Assembly: GCA_018398765.1 (NCBI GenBank)
Contig: JAHBMJ010000332.1
Location: 124,001-188,000, forward strand
Reading direction: 5' to 3'
Source: Chromera velia
Lineage: Eukaryota
DNA length: 64,000 nucleotides
The position numbers and the translations under genes were made by a program. Positions 39,733 to 57,256 of the stretch are shown one piece after another; the first letter of the stretch is position 1; each line of letters opens with the position of its first letter. A model generated the notes under the pieces. It had not been told where the DNA came from and ran no database searches. It worked only from the letters and a program-made list of their open reading frames with translations.

Positions 39733-41242
39733 AGGGGTGTGGGGGCAGCTGGAAGCTGCAGCACGCCCTCAACTGTAAGAGAGGGGGACATGTTAGGAGG
39801 AGACACAACGACTCAATGAGGTAAACCAGGCGTGGCGTGACCTGGTAGAGCTGGCGTTCACGTTGGCAGTAGCCTAAGAGAGGGGGGAGCCAGTAGTGAG
39901 GGCAGAAGGAGAGGTGCCGGGTCTTAGACTACCGGCCCTCTATAGGGACTTCTCAGTGTGGGGACTCTGGGCAAGGCAGAGGCAGACAATCCTAGACACA
40001 AGGGTGGTTAATACCCAGGCCGCCTTCTATAGACAGAATGACTAGCTGAAAGTTGTTGCCCGGTCAGCTATAGGGAAAAAGGAGCAGTATGCCGAGCTGT
40101 GCAGGGACAAGGGATACGATTTCACGCCCCTCGTCAGCAGTGTAGATGGGGCCCTCGAAAAGAACGCCAAGATGTTCCTAAAGAAGGTAGCGCATCTTGT
40201 GAGTCTGAAGTAGGACAGGACATATAGGCAGGTGTACGCATACATAAAGGCAAGAATGTAGGCAGCGCACCACAGAGCAACCAGCAGGTGCCTGCGGAGC
40301 ACTAAGGGAGAGGTGCGAAGAGTGAGCATTGAGGGAGGGGCAGCAGCAGCGGCAGCACTCGGATAGATGGAGTGACGATTAGCCACTCCTAACGGATAAG
40401 GCAAGGTCATGGGAAGACATGGAAAGCTCATAGGTGGTTGAGGTTGATACGAGATTAACCTCAAATCTAGCGAGTGAGACTTGTGACAGTTTATGTAGAC
40501 CTTCGGCCACCAGATGAATCTAGAGATGAATTTTATCTATCAGAATTTTAGTGAATTTGCAACTATAGATTTGCAAAGAAGTTTTGATGCATACATGAAT
40601 TAATGGCTTTATAATTCACTCGAATTCATGTCTAGATCGATTCATGCCATGTGGTTTAAATTCATGATTGTTAGTTCATTTACAATTTCAAATTCAGTAT
40701 TTAATTCACTGCTTAAATTCATTTAATTTCATTGGCCGAAATTTTCTAAAATATTCATTTGCAAATTGAATTAAAATTTCTATAAATTCATTGAAATTCA
40801 TTTTCAAATTCACTCCGTTTTTTGTACGTACCTATAGGTATGTACAGAGTATTCTGTCTTATACACACTGATTTCAAAACCATGTAGTCCTAGATGTCGT
40901 CCGTGAATCAACTTTTATTCAACTTTTTTTTGTTTAGTTTTTCTTAGAGTTTTTAGCATTGATGCGGATCGAAAAGTCAGTGATCACAAAATCATTACTA
41001 TGATTACAAGCGTGTTAAAAAACGCTCTACAAACGCAACATTGCAACTTCACTACGGGATGCCTGCATTGCGTCGCCCTCAATCGGCCCGATACCACCAA
41101 TCAGCCTATAGCGTTCAGCGACATTTCTCCTACTCTAGCTCCTACTAGGAATCTTCCACTCCTTCATCAGATGGTACGGCTGTCTCACGCATGCAGTGGA
41201 TGCAGGAGACACCGCCAAGAGACAGGACGGGCTCCCAGCTTC

Positions 41243-41790
41243 TCATACACCCGCCCTTTCCAGAATTACCTTTCCGATGTTCTCGTGGATGCCCAGGCAA
41301 GGAGCGACTGAAACTTCCACATGCTTTGCGACCTTCTGCTGAGCCTCTTCCACCTGAGCACATTCAAACAAAAGATAGAGAGAGGGACAGAGCGAGTGAG
41401 GGAGAGAAAGGAACCAGAGAGATACACGGTCTATCACGCGTCACGCACTCCCCTTCAACCCTAGTCTGACACGCGTCTCATTCAGATGAATCCCGATTGT
41501 ACACAGCTTACCCACAACCCAAAAAGCAGCCAGGCATAGAGGTAGAGACGAAGAGAGCGAAGCGAAAAGGAGAGAAGAGAAACAGAAACACACATATGCC
41601 ACATGCAGACACGCCGACTTTCAGCAATGCCTTTCTCCCGTTCTCTGGATTCATATCTCGTTTCTTTCTTTCTTTCCTTCCTTCCTTCCTTCCTTCCTTT
41701 GTTTCTTTCTTTCTTTCTTTCCTTCGTTCGTTCGTTCGTTCGTTTGTTGCTTTCTGTCTCTCTTTCCCTCTCTCTTCTCCCGCATCTTGT

Positions 41791-41823
<33 letters not shown>

Positions 41824-42037
41824 TTTCTTGCTTTCTGCCTCTCCTTCTCTCTCTCTTCTCCTCTATCTTGTTCTTTCTTGTTTTCTTTCTTTCTTTCTTT
41901 CTTTCTTTCCTTCCTTCCTTCCTTCCTTTGTTTCTTTCTTTCTTTCTGTCTGTCTGTCTTTCTTTCTTTCTTTCTTTCGTTCGTTCGTTCGTTCTTTCTT
42001 TCTTGCTTTCTTCCTTCCTTCCTTTCTTCCTTCCTTC

Positions 42038-42069
<32 letters not shown>

Positions 42070-42297
42070 TTTCTTGCTTTCAGCCTCTCTTTCTCTCTCT
42101 CTTCTCCTCTATCTTGTTCTTTCTTGTTTTCTTTCTTTCTTTCTTTCTTTCTTTCGTTCGATCGTTTGTTGCTTTCTGTCTCTCTTTCCCTCTCTCTTCT
42201 CCCGTATCTTGTTCTTTCTTTCTTTCTTTCTTTTTTCTTTCTTGCTTTCTGCCTCTCTTTCTCTCTCTCTTCTCCTCTATCTTCTTCTTTCTTGTTT

Positions 42298-42336
<39 letters not shown>

Positions 42337-42703
42337 CTGTTTCTCTTTCTTTCTTTAGTTTCTCTCTTTCTTCCTTTTTTTCATTCATTCATTTATTCAT
42401 TCTTTCTTGCTGTCTCTCTTTCTCTCTCTCTGTCTCTCTCTCTCTCTTTCCCCCTTGCTTCCTTGCTTCTTTCCTTCCTTCCGTCCATTTTCTTTCTTTC
42501 TGTCTTTCTTCCTTCCTTCCTTCCTTTCTTTCTTTCTTTCTGTCTGTCTGTCTGTCTGTCTGTCTTTCCTTTCTTCCTCCCTTCCTTCTGTCTGTCTGTC
42601 TGTCTGTCTGGTCTGCCTGTTTGTCTGTGTCTGTCTGTCTGTCTGTCTGTCTTGTCTGTCTTGTCTGTCTTGTCTGTCTTGTCTGTCTTGTCTGTCTTGT
42701 CTG

Positions 42704-42743
<40 letters not shown>

Positions 42744-42752
42744 TTCTGTCTT

Positions 42753-42792
<40 letters not shown>

Positions 42793-42950
42793 GTCGGTGT
42801 GTCTGTCTGTCTGTCTGTCTGGTCTGGTCTGGTCTGGTCTGGTCTGGTCGGTCTGTCTGTCTGTCTGTCTGTCTGTCTTGTCTGTCGGTCTGTCTGGTCG
42901 GTCGGTCGGTCTGTCTGTCGGTCTGTCTGTGTGGTCTGTCTGTCTGTGTG

Positions 42951-42985
<35 letters not shown>

Positions 42986-44257
42986 CGTCCGTCCGTCTGT
43001 CTGTCTGTCTATCTCTCTGTCTGTCTGTCTTGTCTCTCTGTCTGTCTGTCTGTCTGTCTGTCTTGTCTGTCTGTCTGTTTGTCGGTCTGTCTGTTTCTTC
43101 AGCGATCTCTCTCTCTCTCTCTCCCTCCCTCCCTCCCCCTTTTGCCTTCCCCCTTTTTTCCCCCCTCGTTTTGTTTCTTCCTTTCTTCGTTCCTTTCTGC
43201 CTGCTTTCTATGCCTTTCTCTTTCTCTTTCTCTCTCACTCTCTTTTTTTCATTTTCTTCTGCTCCCTGTGTCTCGCTCGCTCCCGTGTGTGTGCGCGCTC
43301 GCGCCTTCGCCCACACCCTCACACACACCTCTCACCCACAAACACACATACTCACAAACCCCCACACCCGCAAGTACGAATGACTGATGCAGATGCGCAT
43401 GAACATTCACGAACACGAACATGTTCACCCACAGAAAGATCGTGAGAGAGATTCTTGGGGAAAGAGACAGAAAGGAGAAATGGCCATCAGTAGAGGCACA
43501 CGTGTGACATGGTTGGGTAAATGGACGAAGAAGAAGCACCTAAGAGACGGAGGTGCGGGGGGTGAAAGAAAGGGAATAGGAAACAAAGCGACCAACAGAG
43601 GGGTAGGTAGCTGGGGGGAAAGAAGAAAACAAAAGAGAAAGAAAGACATGGGACTCAAGGAAGACCAACAAGATAAAGAAGAACGGAAAAGGGACGAGCA
43701 GACGTGAATGATTCAACCTCAAGGGTTGCGAGACAAAGAAGAGGAGAAGGAGACGGGACAGGAGGGTAAGGAGGGCGTGCATGAGCCGGAAGAGAAAAGG
43801 GATCGCATTCAAAGTCAACATAAGGACGTTCTCTCAGGCTTGACTGACACACACAGTGCTTGCTGACCATTTGAGGAATGTCTGTCGTTGCGTGCCTTCC
43901 CGGAGAGAGCATGTAGGGGAACACCACGATTCTAGTGGCACCCGTCTCTACACATCTTTGCAGTCCTGTGGGAATGCCTGGCTCTGCAATTTCCATGTGG
44001 CATGCTTCGAAGTGCACATCAGGTCTGATACTCCGTAGCATTTCCGCTACATCAAACACCATGTCGTTTGCCTTTGGTCTTTTGGAGCCATGATCCACCA
44101 AAAGGATGGCAGTTTGAGATCCTCCAGTTGGCTGCAGTCGCTTTGGCACCTTGCCTTTGAATGCATTGGCAAACACATAGCCAAGAGCAAACCCCGAGAC
44201 CAAAGCAATGCCTGCAATCTCGGCACTTCGCTTTTCCAACCCCCCCGAGTCAGGCAT
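41243..44257 (-). CDS. cbiX: Sirohydrochlorin chelatase, CbiX/SirB family (exons 44257-43868 and 41353-41243)
   Basis: Motifs [21 protein letters not shown] and [21 protein letters not shown]...[17 protein letters not shown], joined across a phase-0 GT-AG intron of about 2.5 kb. Confidence 0.92.
41660..43130. repeat. Compound (CTTT)/(CTGT)/(CTTGTCTGT) microsatellite in the cbiX intron
   Basis: Visible in sequence. Confidence 0.95.
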
Positions 44258-44419
44258 GATGCGTGGAGCAAGAGTTCAGAGAGAAGATTCGAAAAGCTGG
44301 CTAGATAGATACGATGACTAGGTTGGCACACTCTCGTCCACAAAACGCCTCTTGCCTGCAAGAACACAAGATGCCGGGATTGATGGTCGTTGAGCAAGTC
44401 TGAAACCCAGCGGGGCTGA

Positions 44420-44595
44420 CAAAAGCATGCATGGAGACGGCATGCATGCACCTCACTGAGAGCACCTGATGCGTCACGCACTTCATGCGGGCCGGCATGG
44501 GCCGGCCCCGGTATGCAGTTATTAATATATATATTATTATAATAAATGGCGTGGGCCGCGGGGATCGGCCGGGGTCCGTGTCCGTCTACGGGGCG
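44420..44595. promoter_or_regulatory. Putative bidirectional promoter (TGCATGCA, GGCCGG/GGCCGCGG flanking an AT island)
   Basis: Lies between the divergent cbiX and + strand gene, with the same motif set as other gene starts in the window. Confidence 0.5.
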
Positions 44596-44952
44596 CACAG
44601 AGACGGAGACTCCATTACATAACTCAAGAGAATCGATCGGCCGGGTGTATTAATTGAACTGGACATGATTGCTGAATACACAATCTCCCCCCCCCTTGCA
44701 ATGCTGATTGTGAACTCCAAAACTGATAATCGCAGAGCTCGCCGTTTCTGTTGTCCTTTGGTGCTTGGTTTGCCTTTCGTAGCGAACCCCTGAAACACAA
44801 AAATCGCGATTCCTCACGAAGTTTCAATCGAATCTCCGGTAGACCTTGCGGCTGCTGGTTCTTCGAGATTTTCTGTTGGTGGGACAGACTAGTGGCGTCC
44901 GGGTTGTTTTTCCGTTTGATTTCCCCATTCAAATTAAGTGGGCGTCTCCCCA

Positions 44953-50751
<5,799 letters not shown>

Positions 50752-51756
50752 ATTCAGGCCCTCCTTTCGAATTCGATCCCAACTGTCCATTATTGTCCAT
50801 TCTTGTGTGCTTCAAATCTGACGTAGAAGGAAACGGCACGTCTCGACATTTTGAATTGTGTGTAGCATTACAAATGACCGAGCGAGGGAATTGATGTCAA
50901 TTGAACAGTCATTCAGTAGAAGTTATTTATCTCAAATTATTTTTTCACTGTATTTGATCAGTACATGCTCTTTAAATCAAAAGTTGTTCTAACATGCTAG
51001 CTAACATATTAAAAATATTTTTTTCAAGTCTAGTTTTAAACTTCGAAGTTGTATCAATTATTTTTTGTCTTATCAATTTGGGGTCTTATTACCATGTATT
51101 ACCATCATGATCTGGGCTGCACACTACTCAGCTTAGGCTAGATATACTTAGAGAGACAAAATGAATGAATGAATGAATGAATGAATGAATGAATGAAGTT
51201 GGCTTTGCTAGAGTGGAGTCATGCTCCCAGCAGCAATGTATATAAATTTCTTTTAAGATTGAAAATTTCAGCATCTCTTTTTTGAAGGGGCGCCGCTAGA
51301 CCAAGTAGCGTAAACAGTCTGATTCTGACCTAGTCACCTAGAAACCGTGTGACAGACTTACTAATCTCACTTAATTAGTGTTAGAGCAATCATACTAAGT
51401 AATTGCCACACTAATTACTAGTAATTATAGGTTCTAGCTAGCTATACAAGCCTTTAAATTACTTTAAGTCAATTATTTTCTATCATTATTTAATATTTAA
51501 TAATATATTATTTATCATCAGATTAGGCGACTTAATTAATTCATTATGATCAGCAGCCATCGTGTTATAGCATCGTGTTTCAATAGCAAATGACAATCTA
51601 AGCAGTAGACATACAGCACTTGCATATATATTTTCTTTCATACTGAAAAATGTTAGAACAACTAGTGGAACAATTGAATTAAGATATATGTTAGGATATA
51701 TAATGCTAGATATAATGACTATAGTATAATCACTATATGCGAGCAAATATATGTAT

Positions 51757-51793
<37 letters not shown>

Positions 51794-52007
51794 TTAATTA
51801 TAACTACTCTCTAGATTACTCCTAAATCTTTATAACCATGGATATAACGGGACCAATGATAAAGATGAAACTACAAATAAATTTAGATCAAAATGAATAA
51901 TGTTGCTTAATTAATGATCAAACAAATTAGAAAATTACCAATAAAAAAATGAATTAAGTTCGAATGGGAATAAAAAACAAAACTAGAAATAAAAAATGAC
52001 ACAGGTG

Positions 52008-52375
52008 CGTTGACATCGGCATAACCTGAGAAAACTTTATTAAAAAAACCTAAAAGCTGAGAGGTTTAGATAAAAAGCTAGAAAATGTATGTATAGGGTA
52101 GATCAAGCTACGTTTACATCGGCGTAACCTGAGAAGACTTTGTATAGAAGATCGACCAAAAAGCTGAGAAGCTTGAATAAAAAACTATAAAATGTATATA
52201 TGGAGTAGAGCTACGTTAACGTCGGCATAACCTGAGAAGACTTTATAAAGAAGACTAAAAAGCTGAGAGGCTTCAAGTTGAATACAAAGCCAGAAGATAT
52301 ATATATAGGGGAGAGATGCGTTGATGTCGGCGTAACCTGAGAAGACTTTCAAGGACCACGAAGCAAAGAGCTGAA
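52008..52375. repeat. Degenerate tandem array, 4 units of about 103 bp
   Basis: Core CGTTNAYRTCGGCRTAACCTGAGAARACTTT starts at 52008, 52111, 52214 and 52319. Confidence 0.9.
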
Positions 52376-52446
52376 GAGAGAGGCCTTTCCAAGAAAGCCA
52401 AAATAGGTAGAAATGAATTACGGAGGGAGAGATTCTTGAAGAATTT

Positions 52447-52493
<47 letters not shown>

Positions 52494-52615
52494 TTAGAGG
52501 GAGAGGGAGAGGGAGAAGGAGAGGGAAAAGGAGAGACAGAGACAGAGATAAAAAAAAGAGAGAAAGAGAGAAAGAGAGAAAGAGAGAGAGGGGGAGACAA
52601 AGAAAGAGAGAAAAG

Positions 52616-52656
<41 letters not shown>

Positions 52657-52677
52657 TAGAGGGAGAGGGAGAGGGGG

Positions 52678-52760
<83 letters not shown>
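52447..52760. repeat. (GA)n-rich microsatellite
   Basis: Visible in sequence. Confidence 0.95.
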
Positions 52761-52761
<1 letters not shown>

Positions 52762-54090
52762 AAGCGATAAAACAACATGGAGTGACAGAAATAAAGATAG
52801 AAAGGACGGGAAGCGACAGAAATGAGGGACAAAGAAAGGGCCCAAGAAGACGGAGGGGGCAAAAGGAGAGATGTGGACTCGAAAACGAACTAGATCTAGG
52901 AAACAAGGGAAGAAAGGAAGACTTGAAGGACGTGAGCAGTTGGGAGAGTATTGCTTAGAGCAAAGAGATGGAGTGAAACCGTTAATGGGGAAAAAGTATT
53001 GTTCCGACTTTGGAACTACCTCCAAATTTTAGAAGGTTAAAAACATATACACAGGTTGGGAGTTCTTCTGTCTAGTCGTCAATCAGTGTCAATTGTTCTG
53101 ACACCCGCAAAAGTTGGGAGCGACGAGTGATGAGAAAAGGATAGAGAGAGAGGATGAGAGAGTGTGAAAGAAGAGATAAAACACGTTTGCATGAAAACTC
53201 TGATTCCGATGTTGGAACTTCTTCCGAATTCTGGACTTCTCTGTCTTGTTTCTTGACTTGCTTCTTTCCGTCCCTGTCAGTGAGAGACAGTCCCCCTCTC
53301 CTCCTCTCCCCCCGGCCCTTGGTCGGATTGACTGTTGTGTCTCAATCCTTTTTAGTGAACTTCCCCTCATGGCTAGACGCCTACCTTCCACCTGATTCCA
53401 CCCCCAAACAGATTTTTCAAAGAGGGACAGGAAGTCCCCATACTTCGATCGATCTATGTAGAGGATCTTCACGTCTCTGTCATCTCTATCCGGAAGTGTG
53501 ATTTTCGGATCGCTGCAAATAAATGGAAAAGCAGATGCATTAAACAAATATTTTGCAGTCAGCATGAAGAAAAAGATCAAAATGGTGGATCGAACAGAGC
53601 TTTTTCTGCTATATAAAATTAAACCATGCACCTTCGGAAATGAAATGCGCACATTCCTTGCCTGTATTGACGTCGATGCATGAAACGTTTAAAGCAGATC
53701 ACGGGCGTGCGTGTGCACCATGAAATGATTAATTTGCCTTCCACTTAGTTTTGATGGATGACCAAAACAGTTGCCATGGACTTACTTGATGCGCCTCTCT
53801 GTATCTCCCAGCTTTTTGAAACCCAGCGTCTCTGTGACCTCCTCGATAATCTTGTACCAAACCACCCACTGAGTGGATGCCAATCGTATGATGTGCATAA
53901 CAATGAGTCTGTAGAAGACACAGTATTGCGTACCGCGGCCATTATACACATGCTCATGCTTGAACACCCATAAGTGCACTTGCACATCTTCTCTCTCTCC
54001 ATGTATACTAGGTTACCATACACATAATGTCATGCATATAGATAGATATACAAAGAGACCAACATCAAACACCCACACACATATGCATAA

Positions 54091-54156
<66 letters not shown>

Positions 54157-55475
54157 TCACATACATACACACATACATACACACACACACACACGGCACA
54201 CACGAGTCGGACTCAAATGCTCTCTGCTCCAGAGGATGCGCTAGTATCGTCAGGTCTTCACGGAGTGCTGTTCGTGCACATGCTTTAGAAATTCAGTTGT
54301 TAGAATTAAATTTTGCGTACGTATAGAAAATTGAATGGTCTACCAGAAAATGGCTGTGTAAAGAGCTATATGTTCGAAGGCCTCGAAATTTTGAAGGCTC
54401 TCATCGAACAAGAAACGAAAAACATATGACACGTACACTCGCTGATTGATGAGGCATATACCTGCTCATCAATTTGCTATATGAGCTGCAAATAATATTC
54501 ACGTTTGATTCACTAGACATCAAAGTGAGCAAAGGGCTTTTGCTCACTATTTGCGGATTCAGACGCAAGACTGACTTGTATCAAAACGGATCGTCAATAG
54601 CCTCATTGATTTGATTATGAGAGAGGTGGAAGAAGAACTCTTTCTGCAAAAAATAGTTGAGGAAAACAACGATTTTTATATTATTTATGGTACGTGGTGA
54701 TGTATGATGATGTATGGGTTCCGTTTTAATGTCTCTAAAATCGAATCTCAAGGAAACGCTCTTGAATTATAAGATCAAAAGCCATGTTGCACTCTGAGAG
54801 AGAAACTTAGTACGCGATAAAAAACACAAAAAGACATGCTTGAGCACGATAACACGTACAGACAAAAAGCTGTCGAAAAGTGGCATCAAAAAATGAGTCT
54901 GCCTGCAGGGGCCTGTTGAAGGCTTCCACAGATGTAGATCACATTCGATTGGCAGCTACAAATGCAATGATTCCCCAGTGTGTCGATTAGATTCAAGCCT
55001 GCAAATCCAGCGTGGTACCTTGCTTCCACTGCTCGTCTGCATTGCTTACACAATGTGTAGAAATTCTATCTGACCTTCTGAATCACTGTTGCCTTGACTT
55101 CGAAGCGCCAGATCCCAAACTACGAGTAACTGCTGAAGTCATCGCCTTTCAATGTCTTCCTTTGTCAGATTTTAATACCGTATAGGGCCCCCTTTTCTTC
55201 GCTGCCATTCACCCAGTAGATTTTATGCAGGGTGTTAAGACCTGGTTCTGCATGTCAGATGTGAATCGAGGAATTTATCTACATGTTTCCACGTAAACGA
55301 GAACAAACCGGCAGTCAAGAATAAAAATTAAACAAAGAGAGGACTGAGAAGCATCTATACGCAACAAGTCCTAGCGGTAAGCCACACATGCAGGGCCTCC
55401 CTGAACGACAAGTGCGGTCACCGACTCAAGAGGCAGCATGAGACTGTTGCAAAGAAGTGCATTGAAAGCAGGCCC

Positions 55476-57256
55476 CACCCTAAACATACATTATGAAGGC
55501 CAGCAGCTCTTCTCATCTTCTGATGCTTATCAGACTCTTTTCGACTCTTTTTTCTTTGTCTTTACGAGACTTTGCCATACTTTGCCTTTGAATTTCATTC
55601 ACCACCTCTTTCATCACCCCTTCTGTGCAGTTAGTTGTCAGATCATGGTTAACCCCCCTTTCCTCCCTCCCTTCCTCTTCGTGCAGACACCGAAGAACAA
55701 TCTCTCCAGACACACCGCCCTGTTCATTGATTGTCTGGGTTCTTTTCCGTCCGTCTACACTAACAGTCGTAAGGTCAGCATCTCCCTTTATCCCTCTTCC
55801 GTTCTCTTATGGACATTCGCCCACAGGCTTCCTGGCTCTCACCATTTCTCTTTGCTTTTAACACTTCCCTTTTTCATTCCTTGACTTTCCCTGACTTCCC
55901 CCCCCCTCAAGTCTCCTTCAATGTCCCACTCCCCTCCCTTCTTACCTACCTCCTGTGTGCAGATACTGAGGAACTCTCCATCCTCTCTCTCGACTGTCAC
56001 ACGGATAAGACCGCCTCTTACAAGTTGAAGTCTTCATAGAGGCCGTCCATCGCCTTCTCCTGCAAGTCCGCCCAGCATCGACCACCCCCAATCAAAACAA
56101 CAACAAGAACTGCAACAGTGACGAAAACGCCCCCCTGATGATGACAATGATGCGACCAGCCAGAGAGTTGCTACCGTCTGTGGATCGATGAGAGTGGGGG
56201 GGAGAGAGACAGAAAGAAAGGGAATAGAATGAAGTCTGTATACAATTAAGCACAGATCCGATTCGTGGTCGTTCATCTCGTGACCAGTATGGAAGGTGAA
56301 AGAAAAGGTTGAAAGAAGTCTGTCGATGTCTTCGGTATTTCTGCCTAGAGTGTGACGTATCCGCATGTGACGCACACAAGTGAGAAAAGGAACTCATGCA
56401 ATTAAAAAGAAAAGGAAGGGGTATCAACGGTAGCAGTAAGAGACAGCAGAGGCAGTCAACTCTTTGTTTTAGTTAGGCGTTCAACGCTTTCTCTCTCAAT
56501 GATTGCGATAACTAATGAGCGGGCTGGGAGTCGTTAGTCCATCTGGTAACTGCTTGGATGGCTGTCCATTGACCTTAGGGTCTCTAAAACAGCATTGGCG
56601 TAGGTGAGCGTAGAGAGACCTCCTGCATGACAGATCGGCATAAAAGCGAGTGTCTGTGCTGGACCTGCTCCAACATGCTTCCCTCGATACCGAGGAATGG
56701 GAGTGATGGCATTGAGATACCAGTATTGCCGTGAAGTTACGGTATCGGCTGGCAGTGAGCCCGTGGGTATGGAGAAGGCCTTTCCCTTCGGGGATTAGTG
56801 ATTGATTGAGGGATCAATTTTTGTTTTTCTCTTTTTGCATGGCGTGTCCGTTCTACCTTGAGTGTTCTGGTATCTCTTTCTATCTTAACTCTGCTGTCTA
56901 CATACACTGCTGTCCGTTTCAAAAATGAGAGTTCTGAATGAAGTGAACTTGAAAAGGAGAAAGTAGAATGAAATATGCAAAACGGTTGTCAAAAAGCTTG
57001 AAAGAGATTGTCTTGAAAGTTGTGGTTTGAAGTTAAACGTCGATTCGTCATCGAAGCGTTCGGAGGACATGTTGTCAAAAAGCTTGGAAGAGATTGTATT
57101 GATTCAAAGTTGTCATTGTTTGTATTCGAAGCATTTGAAAGGCAGCAAAAGTCATCTTTTAAATCGAATCGTCATCCACTCAGATCTACTCTCAATTCTT
57201 GTTTGCTCGGCGTAAATCCCGGTGCCGAGCTCCTTGCTGCCTCAGTCATTACATGC
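55476..57256 (-). repeat. Second copy of the roughly 1.8-kb segment at 31160-32945
   Basis: Colinear alignment by eye; the ORF track gives paralogous peptides (MSGEIVLRCLHEEEG..., MKRTA...). Confidence 0.95.

Larger units (their letters stand above)
38067..40366 (+). mobile_element. CRE-like (restriction-like endonuclease) non-LTR retrotransposon 3' fragment, dead and split by two insertions
   Basis: LPVRLGGIRIDNP (end of RT), WLSMVP...EEF*DALTLRY, zinc knuckle CEGC...HALNCKRGG...RHN, and REL domain DFSVWGLW..ILDTRV..KKEQY..FTPLVSSVDG..RATSRCLRS. Confidence 0.9.

Noticed and set aside
52008..52375. CRISPR-like repeat-spacer array
   Set aside because: The linkers are homologous to each other, the repeats are degenerate, there are no cas genes, and the context is eukaryotic.
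53700..53985. Copia RT-like peptide (VWYKIIEEVTETLGFKK) on the - strand
   Set aside because: The resemblance is weak, with no YVDD or other pol motifs nearby.
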